From assembly GCA_964540105.1 (NCBI GenBank), contig CAZILL010000001.1:1290063-1354062 (forward strand): DNA of 64,000 bases, in the 5' to 3' direction. Below, piece by piece: positions 34,707 through 44,103 of this stretch. The notes under the pieces were generated by a model. The model saw only the letters and a list, made by a program, of their open reading frames with translations. It did not search any database and was not told the origin of the DNA. The number at the start of each line of letters is the position of its first letter. Positions within the stretch are counted from its first letter, which is position 1. The DNA comes from an uncultured Ignavibacteriales bacterium (GTDB taxonomy: Bacteria; Zixibacteria; MSB-5A5; GN15; FEB-12). The translations under genes and the position numbers were made by a program.

Positions 34707-35137
34707 ATCTCAGAACAACATTGGGGTTGATGGCTGTCGGATTCACTCTTGTGTCGGTTTCCTGTTCTAATAAAGCTCCAAACCGCACCTACATACCAGT
34801 CATCAAGGATCGGCTATATCTGGTTCAGGAAGCGTTACGAACTCGAAACAGTGTCGGGCTAGATTCCCTTGTCTCTGAAGAGCTCAAGGAGGACACTGCT
34901 TCATTCAGGAACATGATCGAGCTTATCTATGGTCGCGAGGGAGACTTTACGTTTCAGCGGTTTGGGGACTGTGAAATCGTCTACGACGACAACGCGGCGC
35001 GCGCTGATTGCATCTCACTCGATTCAGCCGGCCAGCGAGGAAGAGCGCTGATTGTGACTCTCGAGCGACACAACAAAAGCTGGCTGTTGAAGCGTGTTCA
35101 GGAGGCTCAGCCTTCGGCGAACGGCGACAATCTCTGA
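34703..35137 (+). CDS. Hypothetical small lipoprotein
   Basis: It has a lipobox (TLVSVSC). Its start overlaps the upstream stop (ATGA). I cannot assign a fold from sequence alone. Confidence 0.6.
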   Translation: MNLRTTLGLMAVGFTLVSVSCSNKAPNRTYIPVIKDRLYLVQEALRTRNSVGLDSLVSEELKEDTASFRNMIELIYGREGDFTFQRFGDCEIVYDDNAARADCISLDSAGQRGRALIVTLERHNKSWLLKRVQEAQPSANGDNL

Positions 35138-35144
35138 TCTTCCA

Positions 35145-35181
35145 CAAAAGAGGCGAGCGTTCGTCAACGAGAACGCTCGCC
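35145..35181 (-). terminator. Strong hairpin between convergent genes; T-tract on the minus strand (ctp terminator)
   Basis: GGCGAGCGTTC-gtcaacga-GAACGCTCGCC forms an 11-bp perfect stem. The minus strand continues TCTTTTGTGG. Confidence 0.55.
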
Positions 35182-35208
35182 ACAATCAATCACCGCCAAA
35201 GGTCCGAA

Positions 35209-37014
35209 TCAGATCTTCTCTTTTTTCCTAACCTCAGAGACCAGGCGCGAATATTCCTTCGGCTTGGAGAGCATGTCCAGCGCTTTCTGTAATGTCTTGT
35301 CAGTCTTTAGGACAATCTGCTCGTAGACTCCTCGTTCTCCGGCTATGGAACTCACGACTTCCCGCTTAATGGCGCGCTTCACATAATCCACCGAACTATC
35401 GAAGTCATTCGATTTTTCCTTTTCGATCAGCCCTTCCATATTCGCGATCGCGCTGGCGTACACCGAGTCCTTGTGCTCCGTCTCCACCGTTTTCTGCATC
35501 CCCTCCAGCGCAACCTGCATCGACGACTTGTAGGTGAAATTCTTGTCCTTAATGAACTGTCGGAATTCGGCCACAACAGCGTCGGTCACTTCGAAGTCCG
35601 GCTTTACATCGGGATGGTCGGCGACATACTTGATGGCAAAATCAAAGAACATCGATTTGCGTTCAAGATTGATTTCTATCGGTTTCCAGGTTTCGTGGTC
35701 AGTAATGATGTCCGGCACAATTCCACCCCCGCCGTAAACGGCCCTCCCGCCGTTCGTGTAGAACACTTCCTTGACAGACACTTTCATCGTATCTGCAATC
35801 GAATCGACCTCTTCGCCATCATCGGCGATCTGCCCGGGATGGGACTTTCCCTGCTTGTCCGGTTTCTGAATGCAGCGCCCTGACGGCACATAATACTTGG
35901 CAATCGTCAACTTCAGCGCCATCGAGCCATCATTTGAGATGGGGAAGATCTGCTGCACCAGTCCTTTGCCGTACGTTGTGTTGCCGATGATGACGGCCCT
36001 GTCCCAATCCTGCAAAGCTCCGGCGACAATCTCGGAGGCCGAGGCCGTCCCTTCATCGACCAGCACGACCACGGGTTTATCGGGGAAGATGGGGGGACGT
36101 TCCGATTTGTAGTGGTGTTCGCTGTCGGCGAAGCGGCCGCGCGTGTACACGATCTCGCTGTTTTCCTTCAGGAATAATTCAGCAGTCTCTTTCGCTTGAT
36201 CAAGAAGGCCGCCCCCATTGGATCGAAGATCAAATATCAAGGCCGAGACATTCTGGCTGTTCAGTTGCGCGATGGCATCACGCAGCTCACGGCTCGTCTC
36301 CTCGGCAAACTTGGAGAGGCGAACATAGCCGACAGAAGTCTCGGGGATGACGCCCGAATAGTTCACTGATTTCAACTCAATCTCGGCCCGCTGGACCTCG
36401 AATTCGAGCATCTCGGGCAGCCCCTGACGCTTAATCAGCAGTTTTACGCTCGTCCCGGCCTTACCGCGCATCAATTTCGAAGCATCCGACGACTTCATTT
36501 CGTAGGTAGGCTGCCCGTCAATTTCCCAAATAATGTCCCCGGCTCGCAAGCGCATCCGATACGCCGGTGTTCCTTCGATCGGCGACATGATCACAATCCG
36601 TTTGTCGCGCGACTCGATCATCATTCCGAGCCCTTCGTACTTTCCTCGCGTTGTTTCCATCAACGCATCGTATGACGATTTTTCCATCAACACTGAGAAG
36701 CGATCGAGGTCAGTCAGCATACCGACGATCCCGGCTCTGACGATCTTGTCGACGTCAACGTCCTCCATGTACTGATTGCGAATATTGAAGGCCGTCTGAG
36801 TGAGCTTCTTAACATTCTTCAGGAAGCTGTCGCGATTCTGAACGGCCGAATCCACTTTCGGAGGATTCTCCTCGAGGTTAAGATGGACAGTGTCGGCCCA
36901 GAGAACCGGCTGGTCCGGCTTGGAGATTTGAACCGCATCTCCAGGCCCGGCCATCCAAATCATGGTCAGTGCAAACACTGTTATGCCCAATAGTAGAGTC
37001 GAGTATCGCGACAT
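35209..37014 (-). CDS. ctpA: Carboxy-terminal processing protease (peptidase S41, PDZ-containing)
   Basis: It has a signal/anchor, a PDZ region (GDIIWEIDGQP) and the S41 catalytic contexts GTASASEIVAGALQD and TYGKGLVQ. Confidence 0.9.
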   Translation of the reverse strand: MSRYSTLLLGITVFALTMIWMAGPGDAVQISKPDQPVLWADTVHLNLEENPPKVDSAVQNRDSFLKNVKKLTQTAFNIRNQYMEDVDVDKIVRAGIVGMLTDLDRFSVLMEKSSYDALMETTRGKYEGLGMMIESRDKRIVIMSPIEGTPAYRMRLRAGDIIWEIDGQPTYEMKSSDASKLMRGKAGTSVKLLIKRQGLPEMLEFEVQRAEIELKSVNYSGVIPETSVGYVRLSKFAEETSRELRDAIAQLNSQNVSALIFDLRSNGGGLLDQAKETAELFLKENSEIVYTRGRFADSEHHYKSERPPIFPDKPVVVLVDEGTASASEIVAGALQDWDRAVIIGNTTYGKGLVQQIFPISNDGSMALKLTIAKYYVPSGRCIQKPDKQGKSHPGQIADDGEEVDSIADTMKVSVKEVFYTNGGRAVYGGGGIVPDIITDHETWKPIEINLERKSMFFDFAIKYVADHPDVKPDFEVTDAVVAEFRQFIKDKNFTYKSSMQVALEGMQKTVETEHKDSVYASAIANMEGLIEKEKSNDFDSSVDYVKRAIKREVVSSIAGERGVYEQIVLKTDKTLQKALDMLSKPKEYSRLVSEVRKKEKI

Positions 37015-37351
37015 CGTAACCTCCGAGATTCTATTTATTCGTAACGCAATCTATCCAAAGTGAGACCGTTGTCAAGTTTGTCCGCACGCGACCTTCACCT
37101 GTATCCCGTTGGTTCTTTAACACTTATACGGTTAGGTCAGTTTCAACAAATCTGAACATCCCTGTCCGATTCGCCTAACTCCTTCTCACGAAGCTGTTTA
37201 TCTGTGCGTGTCGACGATTGATGCAACTTTAGCTCAACCGCATGCGTCTCTCCAGTATGGGAGACGAAAATAACCTGTTAATTGTTATCGGCTTATAGCG
37301 AAAAACCATGCGCCGACCTGTGCGAAATTGTACCTTTTCAGCGCAGTGCTC

Positions 37352-38140
37352 ATGAAAACGAAGCCATTCCGAGCCTCCATATTGGCCGCACTTCTCCTCA
37401 ACGCCTTCATTCCCGGGCTGGGTCATTTCATTTGGGGTGAGGTGCTCTTCAGCCTCTTTGTTTTCCTCGTGATGCTCATCGCAGTCATGCTGTTTGTTGT
37501 TTCCCTCCTCGTACCGCTCCCTTTGCCGGTGAAATACCTTCTTTTCGGCCTACCGCTGCTGTTCTACGCCTTCACGTTTCTTGACGTCACTCGGACTGTC
37601 CGATCGAAGTCCACGTCACGGTCAGTGACTACCCGTCGATTCATCCTGTCCTTGGCAGTGGGACTACTCTATCAACTTCTGTCTCCTACCGCACTAGGGA
37701 ATTTTGGCCTCAACAATCTTCCCGAGCTATTCATCCAGCCTGATAACCATCTCAGCCCGGTCTTTGCGAAAGGGGAGATTCTGAAGGCGAGCCCTCTGTC
37801 GTATTTCGTGAACCTTGCGATTCTTGATCGACCAGTCGTTCACGAGTTGCCCTTGCGCTACGACATTGTCCGCTTCCGTGACAGCACGGGCAACCGCCTG
37901 ACAGGTATTGTCCTGGGACTGCCCGGGGAGGAAATCGAGACTGTTGACGGTGTTGTCGCAATAAACAGGTACCCCGACACCGAGAACGGGCCGCGCGGCC
38001 TGGCCCTGCAAGGGGATTGGCCGTTGACACGAGTTAGCGACTACTCTATCTTGGTCGCTATCGTGAATCTCGGTGTAATTCAGAACGTGTATCAGGTCCC
38101 GATTCGTCAGGTTCTCGGAAAGGTCAACGAGCTGTGGTGA
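37352..38140 (+). CDS. Membrane protein with a signal-peptidase-I (S26)-like C-terminal fold, catalytic dyad not evident
   Basis: The N-terminus has TM helices with a PGLGHFIWG motif. The C-terminus carries DIVRFRD and LTGIVLGLPGEEIETVDGVVAIN, which resemble S26 boxes (GDIVVF, KRVIGLPGD..v...G.lyiN). The box Lys is replaced by Thr, and no SMxPT serine box is present. The ORF track starts at TTG 37328. Confidence 0.5.
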   Translation: MKTKPFRASILAALLLNAFIPGLGHFIWGEVLFSLFVFLVMLIAVMLFVVSLLVPLPLPVKYLLFGLPLLFYAFTFLDVTRTVRSKSTSRSVTTRRFILSLAVGLLYQLLSPTALGNFGLNNLPELFIQPDNHLSPVFAKGEILKASPLSYFVNLAILDRPVVHELPLRYDIVRFRDSTGNRLTGIVLGLPGEEIETVDGVVAINRYPDTENGPRGLALQGDWPLTRVSDYSILVAIVNLGVIQNVYQVPIRQVLGKVNELW

Positions 38141-38805
38141 CCCCCATCAGTACGATTGTGTTCGACCTCGACGGAACGCTGATTGACTCTTCCGACGGTG
38201 TCGTGGCGGCGGTCAACTATGCGCTGGCCCAGGTCGGATTGGGGCCGAAGTCGGAACAAGTCATCAAGGCTTACATTGGTGATCCACTGGAGAACATGTT
38301 CGCCGATTTCACTGCTCATCCCTCCCACGAATTGTACAGTCACTTTCAGAAGAAGGCGGCACACACGGTCGTCGCTTCAGCGTCCCCTCTGGAAGGAGTG
38401 ACAGAGACTTTGGCCGCCCTGCATAGTCGCGGTATCCGCATGGCCATCGCGACCACCAAGATCAAGGTTCACGTCGACGGGATTCTGGATCGCCTTCAGT
38501 GGCACGACTACTTCCAGGCTACTGTCGGAGGCAATGAAGTTGATCGGGTCAAACCGGACCCGGCCCCGTTTCGGCTTGCTCTCAATCGTCTCGGAGTGAC
38601 CCCGCAACACGCGCTTGCCGTGGGAGACACGGTCAATGATATCCACGCCGCGAGGGGGGTGCCGATGCGGGTAGCGGCTGTGCCTTCACCGTATGGCGGT
38701 AACGACAAGGTTACGTCGCTTCGTCCCGATTATCTGCTGTCCTCACTCTCAGAACTCCTTGATCTTCTTGATGGCACAGGGAAGCGCACCGAGGTCAGAA
38801 TATGA
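38134..38805 (+). CDS. HAD-superfamily hydrolase (phosphoglycolate phosphatase-like)
   Basis: It has the IVFDLDGTLIDS motif I, TTK motif II and GDTVNDI motif III. The start is GTG and overlaps the upstream stop. Confidence 0.85.
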   Translation: MVTPISTIVFDLDGTLIDSSDGVVAAVNYALAQVGLGPKSEQVIKAYIGDPLENMFADFTAHPSHELYSHFQKKAAHTVVASASPLEGVTETLAALHSRGIRMAIATTKIKVHVDGILDRLQWHDYFQATVGGNEVDRVKPDPAPFRLALNRLGVTPQHALAVGDTVNDIHAARGVPMRVAAVPSPYGGNDKVTSLRPDYLLSSLSELLDLLDGTGKRTEVRI

Positions 38806-39329
38806 AGAAGCTCTATATCGACTCCTTCGACACCGCCATTGGAACGATTCATACTGCCGTAACCGACAAGGGTGTTGCGCTAATACTCCTGCCCTGCCAG
38901 TCGACCGATGACATGGAGCGGGCCATTCTGAGTCACTTCTCGGATTACGAAGTGGTGGCGAGCGCGAGAATGAACCAGGAAGTAAAACGACAGATCACTG
39001 CATACGCCCGAGGGAAGCTGCGACGGTTCACTCTCAAGCTCCATTTAGCGGGGACTCCGTTTCAGCAAAAAGTTCTCCGTCAGGTCGCACGCATTCCATA
39101 TGGAACAACCATGAGTTACGGCGAGATTGCCCAGAGGGTAGGGCACCCACGCGCCTCCCGCGCGGTAGGAACCGTCAACGCTCGCAACAACCTCCCTCTG
39201 GTAGTGCCATGCCACCGCGTTGTTGCCTCCAACGGCATCGGCGGGTATGGCGGTGGGCTCCCAATGAAGAAGCGTCTGCTGTTCCTCGAGGGCGCGTTGG
39301 AATCACCGGACGGGCGCTTGATTGCATGA
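38802..39329 (+). CDS. ogt: Methylated-DNA--protein-cysteine methyltransferase
   Basis: It has the PCHRVV active site and the YGEIAQRVGHPRASRAVG helix-turn-helix block. Confidence 0.88.
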   Translation: MKKLYIDSFDTAIGTIHTAVTDKGVALILLPCQSTDDMERAILSHFSDYEVVASARMNQEVKRQITAYARGKLRRFTLKLHLAGTPFQQKVLRQVARIPYGTTMSYGEIAQRVGHPRASRAVGTVNARNNLPLVVPCHRVVASNGIGGYGGGLPMKKRLLFLEGALESPDGRLIA

Positions 39330-39369
39330 TTGTGAGATTAACGACTCGACTTGAATTGGAGGAGTACCC

Positions 39370-40470
39370 ATGGATCCCCGCGTAGCGAAATTGGCCCACC
39401 TGCTTGTGCACTACTCTCTTAATCTGCAGAGAGGACAACTCTTCAAGATTGCCGGTGAGCCGGTCTCACTCCCGCTCATGAAGGCGGCCTTCGAGGAGGC
39501 TGTCAAAGTCGGCGCTCACCCATATATCCAAGTGCGGGTCCCCGACACCGAAGAGTGTTTCTACAAACATGCCACTGATGATCAGTTGAAGTTCATATCT
39601 CCCATTGCGCGCCTCGAGGTTGACAAGATCGACGCCTACCTGTCAATCTGGGGCAGCGAAAACACCCGCTACCTGAGCAACTCTGACCCCACGCGCCAGG
39701 CCCTGCAGCGTAAAAGTGGGCGTCCGCTCTTCGAGAAAATGTTCAGACGCATTGCGTCCAAGTCTTTGTCTTGGGTGGGGACCCAGTATCCCACTTTGGC
39801 GGATGCGCAGGAGGCTGAGATGTCTCTGTCGGATTACGAGAATTTTGTCTATGGGGCGGGCCACGTCGATCGTCCCGACCCAGTCAAACATTGGAGAAAG
39901 GTGCAGAAGGAGCAGCAGCGCTTGGCGGCGATACTCGATAGCGTTGATTCGCTTCGCGTTCACAGCGACGACACCGACCTGCATATGCGAGTCAAAGGAC
40001 GCAAGTGGATCAGTTGTCACGGAACCGAGAACTTTCCCGACGGGGAACTCTTCACCGGGCCTGTCGAATCCTCCGTTGAAGGACACATCCGGTTCTCTTA
40101 TCCCGCGGTGTATCTGGGGCGCGAAGTAGCCGATGTGCGCCTTGACTTCAAACGGGGGAGAGTGGTGCGGGAATCGGCCGCCAAGAATCTCGATTACCTC
40201 AAAGCGATGCTCGACATGGATAAGGGAGCTCGGTCGGTCGGCGAATTTGCAATAGGCACGAACTATGAGATCAAGCGTTTCTCCCGCAACACGCTGTTCG
40301 ATGAGAAGATCGGAGGAACCTGTCACCTCGCCGTTGGCGCTTCGATTCCCGAATCAGGCGGCCTTAACAAAAGCGGCCTGCACTGGGATATGGTCTGCAA
40401 CCTCGAGGACGGGGGAGAGATCATTGCCGACGGTAAAGTCATCTATCGTAATGGCCACTTCACTATCTGA
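39370..40470 (+). CDS. Aminopeptidase, peptidase M29 (AmpS/PepS/aminopeptidase T-like)
   Basis: 366 aa. It has M29-type blocks, including the C-terminal GGTCHLAVGASIP...GLHWDMV. Confidence 0.8.
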   Translation: MDPRVAKLAHLLVHYSLNLQRGQLFKIAGEPVSLPLMKAAFEEAVKVGAHPYIQVRVPDTEECFYKHATDDQLKFISPIARLEVDKIDAYLSIWGSENTRYLSNSDPTRQALQRKSGRPLFEKMFRRIASKSLSWVGTQYPTLADAQEAEMSLSDYENFVYGAGHVDRPDPVKHWRKVQKEQQRLAAILDSVDSLRVHSDDTDLHMRVKGRKWISCHGTENFPDGELFTGPVESSVEGHIRFSYPAVYLGREVADVRLDFKRGRVVRESAAKNLDYLKAMLDMDKGARSVGEFAIGTNYEIKRFSRNTLFDEKIGGTCHLAVGASIPESGGLNKSGLHWDMVCNLEDGGEIIADGKVIYRNGHFTI

Positions 40471-40488
40471 TTCAGTGAATAGTAACAC

Positions 40489-40526
40489 GACAAGAGGGAC
40501 GACCCGTATCAGGCGTCCCTCTTGTC
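40489..40526. terminator. 13-bp perfect hairpin between convergent genes
   Basis: The hairpin is GACAAGAGGGACG-acccgtatcagg-CGTCCCTCTTGTC. There is no clear T-tract on either strand. Confidence 0.5.
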
Positions 40527-40548
40527 ATGCGATCATCTGAAGCCAGGA

Positions 40549-42924
40549 CTACGGATAGACTGGCAGTGGTCCAAGACCAGTCAGGTAATCAATAATTCCA
40601 TAGAGATCACTGATGTCGATAACGAGCTCGCGCGTCCAATCGCCCGACTGAATTGTCACCGGCGCCGGACCCATCCCGGATATCCGGTCCGCGAGAAAGA
40701 AGACATCTCCAATGTCATAGATCCAATCGTAATTTGCATCCCCGCGAAGGATATTCTTGGTCGCAATCAGGCCATTGAGATACGGAGGCTGGTAGGTCAG
40801 ATAGGGCGAGTACACGGTGCTCTTGTAACCAGAAATCTGGGCAGTATCGATCACATCTGCGAGTCCACCGTACGCGTACTTGCTCGGAGTGACATAGATC
40901 TTCATGATTTCACCGGAGCCGGGGGGAAGCGGGAGCGCTCCTCCTCCTGCGTTCGCAGTCATGGTTACAACGAACCGCGCGTTGAAACGATCGATAGCTG
41001 CTATGGTGAATGTTTCAAAGTGCGACGTGCGGTTTCCTCGGGTGACTGAATCGTACACCACCGTCAGTGGCGTCTTTGTCCACTTGAAGGCAAGATCGAT
41101 CTGATTGAGCGGCTGGCTGTTCTTCAACTTAACTGATATCGCCATCTGCGTTCCGGCAAACGACGAATCCATGCCAAGGTCCAGAGTGTCACCAAAAGCC
41201 ATGACATAATTGAGCTTCTGAGTTGTCAGCGGACCGAACGAAGTCCCAATTGTCACGCCTACTGAGTAGACACCAGGGACCGTGTAGTTGTGCGTCGGAT
41301 TCTGAAGAGTCGAGTTCCCGCCATCCCCAAAGTCCCATGACCAGGATGTGGCCGGAACCGGCGAGGCAGCGGTGAAATTGACATTCAATGGCGCAACACC
41401 CGACACGATATCTCCCGAGAACGAGATCGGCCATGCGAGAGCTGCATCGGTATTGATGATCCCCGAACCGTAGGTATTGTCTGGAGTAAGCGCCTGTGAA
41501 GCTGTCTCCATGAACGCTTGCCTGATCATGCTCACCGTGAACGATGGTCGCGCTTGAATCAGCAAACAGGCTGCTCCCGCCACCAACGGCGTTGAAAGAG
41601 AGGTCCCGTTTTGTGATGCATATGTGTTGTCTGCTCCTGACGAGGCACAGAAGGTCGTCACTCCGCGGGCACAGACCTCGGGTTTTGTTCGCCCATCAAC
41701 TGTTGGACCCCTCGACGAAAATCCAGCAATCTGGCCCGCCGAATTGACCGCTCCCACCGCAAGAATATTGAACGCGTCGGCCGGTGCAGAGAGGGTGCCG
41801 GCCCCTGGTCCGGCGTTCCCCATCGAATTGCAGAGAACAATACCCAGTCCCGCGCATGTGTTAGCAGCGATCGTGGTCGTCGCAATCGCGCCGTTCAGGC
41901 TATCATAGGTATACCAGTCAGAGTATCCGAGTGAGCTGCTGATGACATCAGCTCCGCCCGCATCGGCCCATTCCAGCGCTCGTACCCAATTGTCCTCTTC
42001 GACCCTGGTCTCACTCCGGACATCCTCAGTCTTGGCCAACAGAAAATTTGCCTTGAACGCCGGTCCATATATTTGGCCATCTTTGAAACCGGCTGCCGTA
42101 GACCAGGTATATGTTCCGTGATTCCACGCCGAGGCGTCATCATTTGGCTCGTTCGAGGTATTGCCGTCATTGAAAATGAAATCGTACTCGCCAAGCACTC
42201 GATTTTCAACAAACGCCTGTGCAAATGCTTCATGGGTCTTCCGGAATCCTGTGTCGAACATCGCCAGCGTGACGCCTTCCCCGTGATACCCCTTGTCATG
42301 GACGGCTGGAACTTTGATCTGTGTCAACTGCAAGCTCGACCCGCCGTAGTTTAGGGCGTCTGCTGACTGAGCCGACGGAGGAGCATTCCCAATCGGCGAT
42401 GCTTCCTCGAGCGGTCTGGTGAATGTCACGACGGGCTTGATGGTGGCAACGAACCGAAGCCTCATAATCTCGTCCAGCCTGTCATTCGAGATCTCAACAC
42501 TGGCTGCGTTGAGCCACTTCGAAACCCCGCGCAACTTCCCGCCGAGCGATGTTATCGCCGTAACATAGTCTTCGTAGACAGGCAGATCAGCGAACAGTAC
42601 GCGATCAAGCCCAACCTTAGCGCGGCGCTTCAGAACCCTGTCGCTCAGGGTGACAGTAGCCGCAAGGGACGCGAAGTCCTTTCCACTGGTAGTTCCTTTA
42701 TCAGTGAAGTAGACCCAAACTCGGGACGTAGTGGACCCGTTTCGGGTCAGATAAGCTTTCGTGGCGGGTGCCACTGCATTCGATTCCTTGGGAATCGTGA
42801 CGGCCTCAGAGACGAGGTTGTTTGCTGCAGCTCGTGACGTGATTGGGAGGATTGAAGAACCGAAAGCTGCAAAGCCCGACATGTATGTGAGGAAAAGAAG
42901 GCGGTGGGTAACGCGTGCGGTCAT
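40549..42924 (-). CDS. Secreted subtilisin-like serine protease (S8) with a PKD domain and a tandem dockerin-like C-terminal module
   Basis: It has a signal peptide. The triad contexts are LAMFDTGF, NHGTYTWS and GTSLSTPLVAGAACL. The PKD signature is WSWDFGDGGNSTLQNPTHNYTVPGVYSV. The C-terminal repeats are GDANYDWIYDIGDVFFLADRISGMGPAP and GDWTRELVIDISDLYGIIDYLTGLGPLP. Confidence 0.85.
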   Translation of the reverse strand: MTARVTHRLLFLTYMSGFAAFGSSILPITSRAAANNLVSEAVTIPKESNAVAPATKAYLTRNGSTTSRVWVYFTDKGTTSGKDFASLAATVTLSDRVLKRRAKVGLDRVLFADLPVYEDYVTAITSLGGKLRGVSKWLNAASVEISNDRLDEIMRLRFVATIKPVVTFTRPLEEASPIGNAPPSAQSADALNYGGSSLQLTQIKVPAVHDKGYHGEGVTLAMFDTGFRKTHEAFAQAFVENRVLGEYDFIFNDGNTSNEPNDDASAWNHGTYTWSTAAGFKDGQIYGPAFKANFLLAKTEDVRSETRVEEDNWVRALEWADAGGADVISSSLGYSDWYTYDSLNGAIATTTIAANTCAGLGIVLCNSMGNAGPGAGTLSAPADAFNILAVGAVNSAGQIAGFSSRGPTVDGRTKPEVCARGVTTFCASSGADNTYASQNGTSLSTPLVAGAACLLIQARPSFTVSMIRQAFMETASQALTPDNTYGSGIINTDAALAWPISFSGDIVSGVAPLNVNFTAASPVPATSWSWDFGDGGNSTLQNPTHNYTVPGVYSVGVTIGTSFGPLTTQKLNYVMAFGDTLDLGMDSSFAGTQMAISVKLKNSQPLNQIDLAFKWTKTPLTVVYDSVTRGNRTSHFETFTIAAIDRFNARFVVTMTANAGGGALPLPPGSGEIMKIYVTPSKYAYGGLADVIDTAQISGYKSTVYSPYLTYQPPYLNGLIATKNILRGDANYDWIYDIGDVFFLADRISGMGPAPVTIQSGDWTRELVIDISDLYGIIDYLTGLGPLPVYP

Positions 42925-43287
42925 TATGTTTCCTTTCGCGAGCGGGTACAGAGACTGATTCGCTCTAAAGTATTACACTACAATCAATTTAGGCTTCCGA
43001 AGCGGATTTGTCAAGGCGAACTTGACTACCCCCCATACCTGTGGGAAGCTCGCCGCTCCAATAACCAATATCGACACAAAGCAGAAACCTATTCGCTAAC
43101 CCTGCGAATTGTTCACTCTTGAGCAAGACGTTGCCCTGCATCGACGTATCCTACCCTCGATCTGCGCCTGCCAGATTTCCGCCCACGAGGCATGCTGTCT
43201 GCTCAATCCTCTGTCAAAGATTGCACAGAAAGACTGTCCTTTGTGTCTCAGGTGCAAGGTAATTGGAAAAAGACTGAGGTGAGTCCA

Positions 43288-43797
43288 ATGAGAGCCCATC
43301 GAATACGAAGTGAATCAGGAATCACGCTAATCGAACTGATGATCACAGTTGTGATTGTCGGGATCAGCGCCGCCATGGCCGCACCACGCTTTGAAATGAC
43401 ATACGAGAGGCTCCGTTTCAAGTCCTCGTGTACGGACGCCACGTCCACGCTGAAGCTTGCTCGCTCAATGGCGATCACATCCAAGAGCCAGTACGGTGTT
43501 GCCTTTAACAACGCCCACCGGACTGTCACGCTCTTCAAGGACTTGGTGAACACGTCGAATTTCGATTTTGCCAGTGGCGATTCAGTTATCCGTGTTGACA
43601 CCCTGCCGCCTATGTTCACGTCGGTCAGTTCCGACGTTACCAACAACGTTGTGGTCTTTCGCCCAAACGGCTCCTCCGGATTCTCCGGCGGGGGGAACGT
43701 CTACCTGATCGCAGTCACAGAGAACATGGTCGGGCTGAGTTCCTCGAACGTTCTGGCCGCCACTGGGCGCGTTCACAACTCATATTCCTATTACTAA
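43288..43797 (+). CDS. Type IV pilin-like protein, GspH/FimT-type minor pilin
   Basis: It has a prepilin N-terminus, with leader MRAHRIRSESG followed by ITLIELMITVVIVGISAAMAAP, and the body has GspH/FimT-like length. The ORF-track start at 43192 is discounted. A GAGGTGAG sequence lies before the ATG at 43288. Confidence 0.8.
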   Translation: MRAHRIRSESGITLIELMITVVIVGISAAMAAPRFEMTYERLRFKSSCTDATSTLKLARSMAITSKSQYGVAFNNAHRTVTLFKDLVNTSNFDFASGDSVIRVDTLPPMFTSVSSDVTNNVVVFRPNGSSGFSGGGNVYLIAVTENMVGLSSSNVLAATGRVHNSYSYY

Positions 43798-43829
43798 GCT
43801 CCCTCCCTCTTTACTCTCTTCTTGCGAAT

Positions 43830-43862
43830 TCACCCTCGGGTAATCCCGAGGGTGATTGTTTT
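43830..43862 (+). terminator. Rho-independent terminator after the pilin gene
   Basis: TCACCCTCGGG-taat-CCCGAGGGTGA forms an 11 bp stem, followed by TTGTTTT. Confidence 0.7.
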
Positions 43863-44103
43863 CAACTGCCCCCGGGAAGAAATTGACCACCAAATGATCG
43901 GTTAAGATCAGCCTGATCGATTCCGATACCATTTGTAGAAAACCGCACGAAACAGGAAAACCTGACTGCCGTCGCCGAAAGGGGCGCCCGATTAAGAATT
44001 CTTGGCCGGCCCGTTAATTCACAACCGGCCATGCCGATATAGAAAGTGTTACAGGATAACGTCGATTCGAGAAAAATGGATACTTTCAAATAAAGAGTCA
44101 CCT

